IMG/VR virus record: IMGVR_UViG_3300045988_142085
Location: 160,001 to 224,000 of that record
Reading direction: 5' to 3' (one strand)
DNA from: a virus
DNA length: 64,000 nucleotides
Shown: one piece after another, positions 10,556-21,961 of the stretch
Layout of the letters: each line of letters starts with the position of its first letter
Position numbering within the stretch: the first letter of the stretch is position 1
Translations under genes and position numbers: made by a program
Notes under the pieces: generated by a model
Seen by the model: the letters and a program-made list of their open reading frames with translations, nothing else
What the model was told of the DNA's origin: nothing
Databases searched by the model: none

Positions 10556-10990
10556 TTAATAATACACGATATCACAAGTTAATTCTTTAAGGTCGTTAAT
10601 TTTATATTTAACGTCTTTAGGTAATTCTATTACGATATTAAAATCATAATAATTATGTTCGCTATCTCCTTTATTCGGAGCGCCACTAAGTACGACTTCG
10701 TTAGTTAAGTTAACTGTTAATGTATCACTTAAACGAGTTGTCGGTAACTCAGTAGAATCTGCATTTAAGATTTTAATATAATCTAGCAATACAGAATCTT
10801 CAATATCGGTGAAATAAAAATTAACACCGAAGTTTTTTAGGTCTGGTTGTTTCTCGATACCCATATAATTATTATATAGCCGAACCGGAATTACAGTACG
10901 AGAAGCCGAAGTAATAACTCCGGCTTTATAAGTACTATAAATATTAAATTCTTGTTCGTCGAGAACCATCCATGTCAATGTATTTTGCAT
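10556..10990 (-). CDS. hypothetical structural protein (144 aa)
   Basis: ORF in operon orientation, tightly spaced; no recognisable motif. Confidence 0.5.
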   Translation of the reverse strand: MQNTLTWMVLDEQEFNIYSTYKAGVITSASRTVIPVRLYNNYMGIEKQPDLKNFGVNFYFTDIEDSVLLDYIKILNADSTELPTTRLSDTLTVNLTNEVVLSGAPNKGDSEHNYYDFNIVIELPKDVKYKINDLKELTCDIVYY

Positions 10991-10993
10991 GAA

Positions 10994-13102
10994 TTACGCT
11001 CCAAAGGAAATAACCATAAATTTAAGTTTTCTTGTATTTCTAATTAGTCCGGCCGATAATTTAATTTTATTATTATCGACATAGACATAATCAGTACCAT
11101 AATTTAAGATCGTACTAATATTAACGTTATCGATTTTATTGTTGCCGACGTATTGATCAAGCAATACAAACGATAATTGTTTATCGGTAACTGTATGCTG
11201 TAATGGGTAAATCGTGCTAGTCGGATCGATCGTGATCTCATATTGTTGAATAGTTTTAAATAAACCATTCTTAACTTCGTCATCCAGCATAGACTTAGTA
11301 ATCTTTTCACTACGTTTAATAAAGTTATCTGTATTAAGTGTCGACGTTTTAAGATCTTGAATCGTCGTTTGCATTGCCGTAATTGCAGGATCGATAGAGT
11401 CTGTAATACGACTATATTTATTGTCGACTGCCGTAATCAAATCTTTAGTTTCTTTAATACCGTTTTGAGCATTAGTAATAATAGATTCTAATTGTTCGTA
11501 AGACCAAGTGTAATGAGAAATCCGATAAATGATGCGGTCGCCATATTTTAAGTTTACGTTATTATTAATAATAAACTTATTCGTTAATGTCGGATTAGGA
11601 TTGTCTTCAGTCGGAACTGGAAGTACTTCACTAAAGTCGACTTCATCAGAAGATCCATTATGTAACTTAATTCCGTTTAAGAATACTTCGATTTGTTGTT
11701 TTCCGTATTCATAATATGTCGGCAACTTAATTACTCGAGTATTGTTAGGATAAGAATCTTCGTTATAAATAATACGTTTCTCTTCGACGAACACTGCAGC
11801 ACGTTGAAAGACACCAGATTCTTTACCTTTTTTAATTGTATGACGAACGTTAACCTGTACGACAGTCGGCTCATTTAATGCATAATTTAATTTAAAGCCG
11901 ACACCCTTTACGATATCGCTCATTTTATATTTTGCACTATCCGGCACAATTAAATGTTTACCGTTAGCATCTTGTTCTTTAAGCATGACCATTTCAATGT
12001 ATTGGTCTTTCATAATATATCCTTGATCGATATATACGTCTAAAGAATTAGATCTCGGGATAAAGAACATATTAACATCGTCTTCATCGAATATGAATGT
12101 TTGCTTTTCGTTTTCTTCGTCGGTTAAATTTTCATCTGGAATGAATAATTTAGTTTCATGAAGATCCATCGTACTGTGTTCATTTACTGGAACCCATTGA
12201 TAATCTTCGCCGTTAAATTGTCGCCAAATATATAAAATATTTGTATCGCTATCATACCATAAATCATTCGGCTCAGGTCGTTCTGGTTGGACAAAGTAAA
12301 TAAATTTACGTTGGTTCTTAGAATATAATTTACCGTAGAAATAAATATCGCCAAATTCATCGACATAAATAGCTCGAGTATTTCTATTGTCATAGAAGAA
12401 CTTAACAGAAATACCTGTTTCATCGACGATCCAATAAGCCCAACCTAATACGATATCGCCAGCGTCTTCAAAGTTTTGCATTGGCGGGAATGCCGGCGAT
12501 GCTGAGAAGATACCATAATGATATTTAGGATACAACTCTGGAGTCTTGTCGTTATAAGTAATTGTATCGATATGAGATGATGCATAGTTATATACGACAC
12601 CAACTTTTCTACCGACATTAGCTTCTGGGTCTACGACATGAATAATTTGCTTATTAATAGAGGCTATTTGTAGAGTTTCTTGAGTTTCTAAATCGTATAC
12701 TCGAAACTCTTTTAAATCTGGAAGTTCACCTTGAACTCCGGAGATATATGCTACTTGTTTTAATTGAGATGGAGCATATACTGGAAAACGTAATGTAATC
12801 TGTCCACTAGCATCGAGCGTAAATTTTTCAAAATACTGAATAGCCTGTGGAGCACCTACATTAATGGACGCAGCGTCAAGATTAATTCGATGGCCTTTTT
12901 TGTTGATTAATTCACCAGCTGCTACATCGATAATAAACTCATCGCCACGTCGAGAGCATTCAAAACCGGACACAACGCCCCAGCCAGCGGACTGAAGACG
13001 TTCTGTGTCGATCCAATCTTGAATCATTTCAAAATTGTCGTTAATAGGTTTAGCTTTTACGCCTTTGGTAAAATCAACCTTTGTTAAATAATTTTGTGCC
13101 AT
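10994..13102 (-). CDS. hypothetical baseplate/fibre-associated protein (702 aa)
   Basis: Long ORF in the structural operon; beta-rich composition; no specific motif recognised. Confidence 0.5.
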   Translation of the reverse strand: MAQNYLTKVDFTKGVKAKPINDNFEMIQDWIDTERLQSAGWGVVSGFECSRRGDEFIIDVAAGELINKKGHRINLDAASINVGAPQAIQYFEKFTLDASGQITLRFPVYAPSQLKQVAYISGVQGELPDLKEFRVYDLETQETLQIASINKQIIHVVDPEANVGRKVGVVYNYASSHIDTITYNDKTPELYPKYHYGIFSASPAFPPMQNFEDAGDIVLGWAYWIVDETGISVKFFYDNRNTRAIYVDEFGDIYFYGKLYSKNQRKFIYFVQPERPEPNDLWYDSDTNILYIWRQFNGEDYQWVPVNEHSTMDLHETKLFIPDENLTDEENEKQTFIFDEDDVNMFFIPRSNSLDVYIDQGYIMKDQYIEMVMLKEQDANGKHLIVPDSAKYKMSDIVKGVGFKLNYALNEPTVVQVNVRHTIKKGKESGVFQRAAVFVEEKRIIYNEDSYPNNTRVIKLPTYYEYGKQQIEVFLNGIKLHNGSSDEVDFSEVLPVPTEDNPNPTLTNKFIINNNVNLKYGDRIIYRISHYTWSYEQLESIITNAQNGIKETKDLITAVDNKYSRITDSIDPAITAMQTTIQDLKTSTLNTDNFIKRSEKITKSMLDDEVKNGLFKTIQQYEITIDPTSTIYPLQHTVTDKQLSFVLLDQYVGNNKIDNVNISTILNYGTDYVYVDNNKIKLSAGLIRNTRKLKFMVISFGA

Positions 13103-13105
13103 TTA

Positions 13106-14794
13106 TTAATCCTTGAATAATAATACTGCTGCTTCCGACGAAGAAATATGTTTGTCAATTTGTTCCTGTAACTGGTCTCTATAGCTTTCATATTTTTTAG
13201 GTAATGTGATTACCATAGAAGTACCAATTCTGTACGGTCTGCCAAGTATATTACCAGTATCGATATATTCGTAATTGTCGAATTTACTAGATCCGCCACC
13301 AATTATTCTGGTATCAGTTGGCTCGATTTTTGTATCGAGCTTAATAATTATATTGGCAATTTTAATATCGTTAGATGGCTCATCTGTCGGTAACACATAA
13401 AATCTTTGGTCTTTTAATATACCGGTATTCGTCATATATAAACTATAATTAGTTTTTATATTAGTAATATCGATAACGGTTTCTTCAGATTTAGCGATAT
13501 TATATTTAGAGCTATAATATTGACCGATAATCAACTGAAGTTTTTCCTTGTCATAATTATAACGTATAGTAGGTAACTGTTCAATATTAAATAAAGAATA
13601 GTCGACATTATCGATAAATTTTAATTCTTGATTTACGGTATAAATTAAAGATTCATTATTATCTTTTTTAGGTTCGTCGTCGATTATTTTTTTAAAGTAG
13701 ATGTCACGGGAAGGTGTTGCATAATCGAAGATAACATTCTCATTCGTTGTTTCGACATAAACTAATTTATAATCATGATTATCTAAAGAAGTTAGAGAAG
13801 CTATATCTTTATCTAAATTAATTTGAGGATGTTTCATATTTAATCGATTATTTAAACTATAATAATAGTCGATTAAATTATTAGAAATAAAAGTATTAAT
13901 ATAGCTGTCAGCTTTTTCTGGAGCACGATGATAACCGATGCTATAAGCATAAACAATATTTTCGGCTAAGAACTGAATTAAACGAGGCTCAGTAAAAATT
14001 TCTTTACCACACAATAAAATCGTTTTAAAATTTAATCGATCTTGCATAATCAATATCGGAGTATGATTAATAGTTAACTTAATGTAATCATATGTAGCAC
14101 GAGGGAATACCGACATTTCTAAATCATGATTAAAGATATCCCATGACGGTTCAATTACGTATTCAGATTGATTAAATAAAACAGGTCTTGCTACATCAAA
14201 TATCTTAGGTTTATTATAAAGAATCTTATTACCGTAAGTAGAGTTTACAATATAAATATTGCAATTGTCTTTATAGCCGCCAGCTTTCATTGCCTTTAAG
14301 AATTTATCTTCGCCATTATAATATTTAATATCGGGATTATCGGTTACGCTATTAAACTTAACGTTATTCGGAACAGTAATGCCTTGCAACATTGACTTTA
14401 CTTTTTCTATACCAGTAAAATCGATATTAATATTCCAGCTACGTTCAGAAGAAAACGGAATATTTCTTTGTAAGATATACTTATAACCAAATACTGTCGG
14501 GCGATAAGACGCTTTTTTAGATGTATCTTTTATTGTAATAATGCCGTCTTTATCTAAAAGGTAATCTTTTTGTTCTTTTGCCGGGACATAATTCTCTTTA
14601 AATAAAAGCAAATCTTTATCGATCTTCTGATATAAAGATACAGCTTCTTTTTTATTTAAACTCAATAAATCGTTATTGAATTTAATAACGGTATCCGCAT
14701 AAACAGAGTTATTAGCTAAATAAGATAACGGCATATCTTGATCGTCGAGTAATACAGTATTTGCTATTTTTTTCTTATTTCTATAAATTTTCAT
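13106..14794 (-). CDS. hypothetical structural protein (562 aa)
   Basis: Long ORF, 4-nt spacing to neighbours. Confidence 0.5.
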   Translation of the reverse strand: MKIYRNKKKIANTVLLDDQDMPLSYLANNSVYADTVIKFNNDLLSLNKKEAVSLYQKIDKDLLLFKENYVPAKEQKDYLLDKDGIITIKDTSKKASYRPTVFGYKYILQRNIPFSSERSWNINIDFTGIEKVKSMLQGITVPNNVKFNSVTDNPDIKYYNGEDKFLKAMKAGGYKDNCNIYIVNSTYGNKILYNKPKIFDVARPVLFNQSEYVIEPSWDIFNHDLEMSVFPRATYDYIKLTINHTPILIMQDRLNFKTILLCGKEIFTEPRLIQFLAENIVYAYSIGYHRAPEKADSYINTFISNNLIDYYYSLNNRLNMKHPQINLDKDIASLTSLDNHDYKLVYVETTNENVIFDYATPSRDIYFKKIIDDEPKKDNNESLIYTVNQELKFIDNVDYSLFNIEQLPTIRYNYDKEKLQLIIGQYYSSKYNIAKSEETVIDITNIKTNYSLYMTNTGILKDQRFYVLPTDEPSNDIKIANIIIKLDTKIEPTDTRIIGGGSSKFDNYEYIDTGNILGRPYRIGTSMVITLPKKYESYRDQLQEQIDKHISSSEAAVLLFKD

Positions 14795-14798
14795 ACCG

Positions 14799-16874
14799 TT
14801 ACCTCATAACAACATATTCATTTGGAATCATATTTAAATCTGTTATTCTATACTGATCGATAGCTTTAGTTTCTTTATTTTGATCGTAAATAATTTTAAT
14901 ATCTTTTTTATTAGAAGATACTTTTACTTCATAAAGATTAGAAGATTCTTTCCCGATTAATACATTATATTTTAAATCGTTGATACAATAACTATCTGCT
15001 TTTAAATATTCAATAATGTAATATTTATAATTATTATTATGGAGAACGATTTCGTTTCGCCCAAAATCGATATCGAATTGACTATTATCTAACACATCGT
15101 AATTAATAACTGCCATTTTTACATCGGTCGTTTCTTTTTCTTTGCGAACCCGATAGAAATATTTTTCATCGACTTCTTCGTTTGTCGCATATACAATAAT
15201 ATTATTAAACGTATCCAAGATCGGCTTTGCTAATTTTAATTCTTTTTTAGCGTTAGAGAATACTTCACGATTCCAGTTAGTAAATCGATACATATATTCT
15301 TCTGCATGCGGATATACGATAATAATATATTTATATTGTTTTCTTATCTCATTAGAGATATTAATAGAATTATGTTTAATGTCGACATCAGTATTATGAT
15401 TAAAATCTAAATATACATATCCGACATCGGAAAGAATAAACTTATCTAATGTTTTAGCTAACGGATTAACTTCGGTAAACTCTTTAATACCGACTACTTG
15501 TATATCTTCTAATTCATACACGTTAAGTTTTTTAGATAAATTGATCGGTGTATATCGATTAAACATTTCTATTTGAACAGAAGGGATAATAATTTCTCGA
15601 TAAGAAGAACTTAAATCGAGCGGCTCATCATCTTTATCTAAACATAAAATAGGAGACGTCACTTCATCGGTAACATAAGAAACAAATTCGCTAACATTAA
15701 GAATATCTTCGGTTTTATTTTCTTTATTAGTAATAAGCAACTTATATACGTAAGCATCGATATTATAGAACATATCTAAATATCGAGAAGAATATTTATT
15801 TAAATGAACATAACCGCCTAGATATGCAATAGTTAGTGATTCACGATCGTATACGATTCTAACGTCTTCATTTAGAGGAAGTTCAGGAGTATATTCACGG
15901 CCGTCATATTTAAAATAATAATATTTTAATTTGTCGGCAACAGGTAACTTCTGAATATTAATAACGAGTTCTATTCTAGAAATATTATCTAAATCGAAAT
16001 GTAAATAACTTCCTTCTTGTTTAGAACCGCTACCAGATGACGGAACATATTCACTATTTTCATATTCCTGCAATGAAATATTTTTAACGGTACCATTTCT
16101 ACCAGCAAAACGAATAGAAATATCGGCATCTTTTTCAAGAACTATTTTATTGCCGTTTAACAGTTCTTTTTTGTTTATATCTGTACTGTCGCTATTAGAC
16201 TCAAAAACATAAGCAATAATATCGCCTTCAATGTCGGCTTTTAAGTAATACGTTCCCTTTTTAAGCGAGATAAAATCAGTTTCTGTTTCCGCATCATAAG
16301 TACAGTTTTCAAATTGTATTGTATTATCATAATAATAGATCCTACCACCAACAGTACTGATAGAATTAGCAGCCCATCCAATAGGAAGACCAGTTGAGAT
16401 TTTGATAGACTTAATAGTATTTCCATATTGAGAGTAAAATCCTATTTTATAATTATCGATGTCGATTTTAAATTTCTCGATAAATACAACTTTTTCTTTT
16501 TTAGTTTCGAGATAAAAATTAACTTCGTTGTTTATTTTTTCTAAAACTAAAACAGCGTCATTATTATTGATTAAATGTTTAAATTGTACGGTAGAATATT
16601 CTTGAACAGTTTGAGAGCTCGCTCCAAGCATATCTATAATTTTATCGATAACAGAATATTCATTATCGCCAAGTTTAAACATATATTGTTTAGGAGATTT
16701 AAAGATGTCTTCGGCATCTTGAATTAACAAAATGCCGAATCCAGAATTAACATACTTCAGTTGAAGTTCAATTCTACAATCTCCAGAATATAAATAATCG
16801 GCAGTTATAATATCTTGGTCATAAAAATAACACCCATTATTTTTTGTTACACGAGCTTTATTAAAAAATATCAT
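14799..16874 (-). CDS. hypothetical structural protein (691 aa)
   Basis: Long ORF; 4-bp overlap with the 1695-aa gene. Confidence 0.5.
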   Translation of the reverse strand: MIFFNKARVTKNNGCYFYDQDIITADYLYSGDCRIELQLKYVNSGFGILLIQDAEDIFKSPKQYMFKLGDNEYSVIDKIIDMLGASSQTVQEYSTVQFKHLINNNDAVLVLEKINNEVNFYLETKKEKVVFIEKFKIDIDNYKIGFYSQYGNTIKSIKISTGLPIGWAANSISTVGGRIYYYDNTIQFENCTYDAETETDFISLKKGTYYLKADIEGDIIAYVFESNSDSTDINKKELLNGNKIVLEKDADISIRFAGRNGTVKNISLQEYENSEYVPSSGSGSKQEGSYLHFDLDNISRIELVINIQKLPVADKLKYYYFKYDGREYTPELPLNEDVRIVYDRESLTIAYLGGYVHLNKYSSRYLDMFYNIDAYVYKLLITNKENKTEDILNVSEFVSYVTDEVTSPILCLDKDDEPLDLSSSYREIIIPSVQIEMFNRYTPINLSKKLNVYELEDIQVVGIKEFTEVNPLAKTLDKFILSDVGYVYLDFNHNTDVDIKHNSINISNEIRKQYKYIIIVYPHAEEYMYRFTNWNREVFSNAKKELKLAKPILDTFNNIIVYATNEEVDEKYFYRVRKEKETTDVKMAVINYDVLDNSQFDIDFGRNEIVLHNNNYKYYIIEYLKADSYCINDLKYNVLIGKESSNLYEVKVSSNKKDIKIIYDQNKETKAIDQYRITDLNMIPNEYVVMR

Positions 16875-19800
16875 ATAGCCGTTAATCCTATTCTGTTTAA
16901 TTTAATAGTAGATTTATTATTTAACAATTCAATTTTAAACTGGAATGTATCAGTATCGGTAAACGATACCGGAGTTAGCGTACCAGATCGATATAAATCC
17001 TTCCAAGCAGTAAACTGATTATTTACACCTTGTTTCCGAAGCGATCTTACTTTAATCGATACATCACCGACTATATCGGCATCGATCGTATCTAAGTTAT
17101 AAGTACCTTTTTCAGATACCATAAATAATCGAGAGATAAAATCTCCACCAGCAACCGGTAAAGACTCAATAGCCTGGTCTTCTAATTCATCGTAAATATT
17201 ATACACATCGATAGAACTAATAGAACTATTTGCCGGAATATCGATTTCTAATCTAATATATTGTACTAGTTTATCGTTAGATAAAAGAACAAAGTCTCCA
17301 TTTTCTACAACAGCAATAGTCGCATATTTAGAATAATAATTCTCAGAACCTAATACTCTAATCGTAAATTTATCTTCACTAAGAGTATTTATCTTGGCTG
17401 CCATATATAATATATTTTTAAGGTATTTATACCAATCTTCAGATTTAGCTTTATATTGATTATGGATTAAATCAAAGATTTCTGTCGTAATTGTGCCAGG
17501 CTCATTTAACGTAATTAACTTATTGCCGCGCAATAACACTTTATCTAACTGACAACGTTTTAAGTCGGCTGTCGCTAATAGTGTAGCGTCATAATCGATT
17601 GTCGTACCATATTGAATTACGTCGTTATCATCGACATCAATATTATTATCAGTCATATAATTAAAGGTATCGAAAATGATTTCGTTAGCAACACTATTTT
17701 TCTTTTCAGTTAAATCCCAACTATATTTATCGATATTTTTACTATGAGGTTCTGTTATTAATTTATCAGATAAAACAATTTCTTCGATTGAACCAACTGT
17801 ACCAGTAACGACAATATAATAATAGAAATCTTTATCGACATCAAATTGAAAGAAAGCAAAATCGTCGTTAATAACGAAGTCTCCAATTTTTTCTAAGAGT
17901 GGCTTCTTTTGCAATCTAAATCCATTTAATTTCTTTTCTTTATAAAGACTAATTTTTAGGTTGCCGACTTTTTTAATATAACAATATGACGTAGAGTATG
18001 CATATTTATCGATTCTAAAAATAGCATATCCTTCTTTATCGAATTTAAAATTAATTACATAATTTTTATTTAATTCGATTAATGTAGGATCACAATCTTC
18101 GAATGTCCAATTATTAAATGTATTAGCCGTCGTTAAAGAATGCAACGATGAAATTTCAGAGACTTCTTTTTGTTCTTTAAAGTTGACGTAACAAAGTGGA
18201 TTCAAAACTTTCATGTCCATTAAACTATTCGGAATATAGTTTTGTCTTTCCGTTAACATTTTTACAAGACTACCTTGTTTTTTAGTATTATTTAAATCGA
18301 CATAATGTTCTTTATGATGGTCGACTTCTGTTTCGTATACTGGGAAGTAATATTCCTTACCGGCTTCATAATAATAGCCAGATTTAATAGCAATCTTATT
18401 ATCTAAACTATTACGATATACAGATACAACATTGTTTACGACGACTGCAGTAAAATTAGGATCTAGTGCTTTGGCATATACTTTGTCGATATCGTTATTA
18501 GCGATATTTAGATTTTTAGAATCCCCGTCTTTCACATCTTTAATCGTCATTAAAGTTTCTGTATCGTAAGCGTTAATATTATACTCGACTAATTCATATA
18601 ATTTATCGAGATTGGTAAATACGATTTTAGAAGGATGCTTATAAGTATATGTCGCCTGCAAACTTAATGAATCATAATCGTAAATAGAATTTACTTGAAT
18701 AATACCTGGCGTACCATACAATACATATTCATCATTAGCTAATGCAGTATTAGAAATAGATAATTCAATATTATCAGGAGATACATTAGAATATTTAAAT
18801 TTACCTAACCCATCTTCAGTTAGCTCGATTGTTTCAGTATATCTTTTTTCATTATATACGATAGTAGCATATGAAGGAACAGATAAAATATATTCAGATA
18901 AATTATAATCGATATTGTCGATTTGATATACATCTTGTAAACTCAATTCAGAAGCAAACAACGTTGTCTCTAATTTTTTATTAACAGAGATATTATAATC
19001 TGATTCATTATCGTTCCACATATTAGCGAATATAGAAATTTCTGGCGTAAGGATATTAATATTATTACCTAATAAACACCATTTAGATAATACTTCTTTA
19101 TTCTTATGTTGATATCGAATATATTGTGTCGATTGATTATACCCGTCCGGCAAATTAATTTCGACGAAATAAACTTGTTCTGTCGACAATTTAGGAACAA
19201 AGTTATCTAAAACAATCGGATACTCTTTTTGATTCTGAACAATTGTTTCAGAATGATGTAGCGTATGATTAGAAGAGTTCTTCATCGCTAATAAAATTTT
19301 ATATACTTTGTTTTCTGTCGATGCCTCAGTTGTCTTAATTAAGCCTCGAGCATCGTGAACATAGTTAACTAATAACGTAGTCGGAATCTCCGAGAGAATT
19401 TTATTATATTCAAGTTCAAAGTATGCACCAAGAATATCGACTTCCTTAAATGCCGATTGGTCCATATTTTTATTATAAATAATTACTCGGCCATCATAAG
19501 TAACAAATACAGCATCATTAGATTTATCAAAAGAATAATGGTTAGTTAAAATATTTAATAACGATAATGATTCAATTTGTTTTTCGTAATGATCGAACGT
19601 TAATGTTATATACTTAGTTTCACTATCAACGTTGATATAATCGACATTATGTTTATTTATTTGACCTGTAAGGATAGGGAATTCACTCTTAGATATATTT
19701 TGTTTATCGATGAGTAACGGGAGCCTTCCCGGGCCAATAAATGAATCATAGGTATCATAATTGTCGTCGATAATATTGTTATCTTTATATAATTTTAATA

Positions 19801-21958
19801 TTGTATCTCTCGATTTAATCTTTAAGTTAACTTGACTATTTGGAGGAACCGTAATAGATTTTTCATAGTACTTAAAATTAGCATATTCACCAGCAATAGA
19901 AATATAATTAATTACCGGATTAGAAATACCGAGATAAGAATGAAGAGATAATGTAAGTATCTTATTATCTGGATTATCGGGAATAGAATATGTATTTAAA
20001 GATTTAGATAATGGTTGCCCATTAATCGAGAACACTAAGCCGTTTGCAGTCGCATTAATATATTTAATTTTAAACCCGCGTTGTCCGATTTTAACGATCG
20101 AGATATGTTTTCGTTTCGAGTCTTCAGATTCGAAAGAGAACTTCATATTTTTAGTGTCGGTATTTAATTCTTGAGAAGCTAAAATATTGTTATTGTCGTC
20201 AGTAATTAAAATGCGACAAGAACCTGTGTGTATTTCATTATCTAACTTATCGATTTCAAATTCAAGAGAAGTAATAATCTGATCGATATTAATTTGACCT
20301 TGAACATCGGAATCGATATAAAGATAATTATCGGCTTGATTGTATTTAAAATTATTTAACTTAATTAAGTCAAAACGATTAATGATATTAACAGGAGTAT
20401 CTTTAATAGAATAATTAATCGTTTTAAAACGCATAGCATCTGTTAAAGGAATACTTAAAGTACCAACAGTTGACTTAGAAGTGTCGAGTTTAATACCGTC
20501 TTTAGTATTGATTACGTTAGAAGATGAAGAGAAATCACTAATGCGAGTGCCGTAAAAATAATTATCTAAATAAGATATAGCACCGTTTTCTTTAATAAAG
20601 TAATCATTAGTGAATTCATTATTTAACTGTTCTTGGTTATCGATCTTAAAAGAAGTTAAATAAATATTGCCGCCCTGATGTTTAGGTTGCGCAATAACTT
20701 TATATGTTACATCTTTGTTAGTATCGTTAACTAATAAGCCTTTATTTTTAATCGTAACATTTTTTACGCCGACTTCATAATCGACAAAGTCTTCTAATGG
20801 TAAACGATATTCACCGTTATACGTTTTATATGTTTTAAAATTAATCGTTGCGGGGTCGATTTTAATTGTCGAAGTCGCTTTTAAATTATATTCTACTTGA
20901 ACAGGTTTAAGTTTTAAATCATATTTTTTTAGACCGATACCAATATTAACATTCTTATTGCTATTTAATAAGTATTGACTAATTTTCTGATTAGATTTTT
21001 TATAGCCGATAATTGATACATCGGTAGTGTCGGAAGAACTAATTAAATTAGATGTCGTAACTTTTAAGCTGTCATAATAGCCGACGCCATCTAAATAATA
21101 TTCGACAGGTTGATCCCAGATATGAGGAAGATAATCGAGTTTTTTAAATTCATTTTCCCAAAATGTAATATCCCAGATCTTTTCTCTTGCTATATCTTTA
21201 TTTAGTTTAGCAATATAATCGTAAACTTTCTGATCTTTAATTACTTCTTGGATATTAATATTATTTAATTTATCGATTTTAATATCTTTAAAAGCAATAC
21301 CGGCATAAGCCGATAATAAATTTTTAATTAGATATTTTAAACCAAATTCAGTCGAATTAAATCTATGCTTATACGTATTAAGAATATTAGGATCGTCAAA
21401 TAAGATATTATTATTTTTATTATTCTTAGTTCTTAATGCGTCGTATGTTCTATTAGATAAACTTAAATTAGACTCATTAGGAAGTCGATCGATCCCGGCA
21501 AACCATGCGAACTCATCGAAGATATTCCAGACAGGTTCTTGTTTTAAATTAACTGTATAATGGAACTTGTTAATAGCATATCCGATCGGAGTACCATCTA
21601 CTTCACCGAGTTTAAAGTAAAGATTGCCATTTTCATAATAAGCATACTTTTTATTTTTATAGAACTCGTTTAAGTTTTCTGTAATAGTAAATTCATTATC
21701 TAACTTTAAATTATCTTCAAGTTTGCCAATGTTTGCTACATAGATTTGAGAGATGATAGAATCTTCTCTCCCAGCATAATTAACTAAAAAGAAATCTTTA
21801 GTATAATCATCGACCTCTTTATAGATAGAGGTCATTTCTTCGATTACAGCTCTAAGTAGATGTCCGGATGTAGACTTGTATGGTCGGCGTCTAATTTGCA
21901 TCCACTTTGGAAAATACTGCAAAGCTCTTGCAAAATTTTTATTAGTAATTGCATCCAT
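16871..21958 (-). CDS. large baseplate protein candidate (1695 aa), possibly a J/gp6-like wedge
   Basis: Position only: it follows small W-like and V-like genes, as in P2/Mu-type baseplate modules. No motif recognised, so the functional call is weak. Confidence 0.4.
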   Translation of the reverse strand: MDAITNKNFARALQYFPKWMQIRRRPYKSTSGHLLRAVIEEMTSIYKEVDDYTKDFFLVNYAGREDSIISQIYVANIGKLEDNLKLDNEFTITENLNEFYKNKKYAYYENGNLYFKLGEVDGTPIGYAINKFHYTVNLKQEPVWNIFDEFAWFAGIDRLPNESNLSLSNRTYDALRTKNNKNNNILFDDPNILNTYKHRFNSTEFGLKYLIKNLLSAYAGIAFKDIKIDKLNNINIQEVIKDQKVYDYIAKLNKDIAREKIWDITFWENEFKKLDYLPHIWDQPVEYYLDGVGYYDSLKVTTSNLISSSDTTDVSIIGYKKSNQKISQYLLNSNKNVNIGIGLKKYDLKLKPVQVEYNLKATSTIKIDPATINFKTYKTYNGEYRLPLEDFVDYEVGVKNVTIKNKGLLVNDTNKDVTYKVIAQPKHQGGNIYLTSFKIDNQEQLNNEFTNDYFIKENGAISYLDNYFYGTRISDFSSSSNVINTKDGIKLDTSKSTVGTLSIPLTDAMRFKTINYSIKDTPVNIINRFDLIKLNNFKYNQADNYLYIDSDVQGQINIDQIITSLEFEIDKLDNEIHTGSCRILITDDNNNILASQELNTDTKNMKFSFESEDSKRKHISIVKIGQRGFKIKYINATANGLVFSINGQPLSKSLNTYSIPDNPDNKILTLSLHSYLGISNPVINYISIAGEYANFKYYEKSITVPPNSQVNLKIKSRDTILKLYKDNNIIDDNYDTYDSFIGPGRLPLLIDKQNISKSEFPILTGQINKHNVDYINVDSETKYITLTFDHYEKQIESLSLLNILTNHYSFDKSNDAVFVTYDGRVIIYNKNMDQSAFKEVDILGAYFELEYNKILSEIPTTLLVNYVHDARGLIKTTEASTENKVYKILLAMKNSSNHTLHHSETIVQNQKEYPIVLDNFVPKLSTEQVYFVEINLPDGYNQSTQYIRYQHKNKEVLSKWCLLGNNINILTPEISIFANMWNDNESDYNISVNKKLETTLFASELSLQDVYQIDNIDYNLSEYILSVPSYATIVYNEKRYTETIELTEDGLGKFKYSNVSPDNIELSISNTALANDEYVLYGTPGIIQVNSIYDYDSLSLQATYTYKHPSKIVFTNLDKLYELVEYNINAYDTETLMTIKDVKDGDSKNLNIANNDIDKVYAKALDPNFTAVVVNNVVSVYRNSLDNKIAIKSGYYYEAGKEYYFPVYETEVDHHKEHYVDLNNTKKQGSLVKMLTERQNYIPNSLMDMKVLNPLCYVNFKEQKEVSEISSLHSLTTANTFNNWTFEDCDPTLIELNKNYVINFKFDKEGYAIFRIDKYAYSTSYCYIKKVGNLKISLYKEKKLNGFRLQKKPLLEKIGDFVINDDFAFFQFDVDKDFYYYIVVTGTVGSIEEIVLSDKLITEPHSKNIDKYSWDLTEKKNSVANEIIFDTFNYMTDNNIDVDDNDVIQYGTTIDYDATLLATADLKRCQLDKVLLRGNKLITLNEPGTITTEIFDLIHNQYKAKSEDWYKYLKNILYMAAKINTLSEDKFTIRVLGSENYYSKYATIAVVENGDFVLLSNDKLVQYIRLEIDIPANSSISSIDVYNIYDELEDQAIESLPVAGGDFISRLFMVSEKGTYNLDTIDADIVGDVSIKVRSLRKQGVNNQFTAWKDLYRSGTLTPVSFTDTDTFQFKIELLNNKSTIKLNRIGLTAI

Positions 21959-21961
21959 TCA

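Noticed and set aside
11104-16426. Minus-strand small ORFs nested in other frames inside larger minus-strand genes (11104..11310, 12184..12423, 16241..16426, 28445..28657, 32705..32896, 36871..37056, 37105..37386)
   Set aside because: They overlap well-supported long ORFs out of frame, with hydrophobic/low-complexity translations and no independent translation signals.
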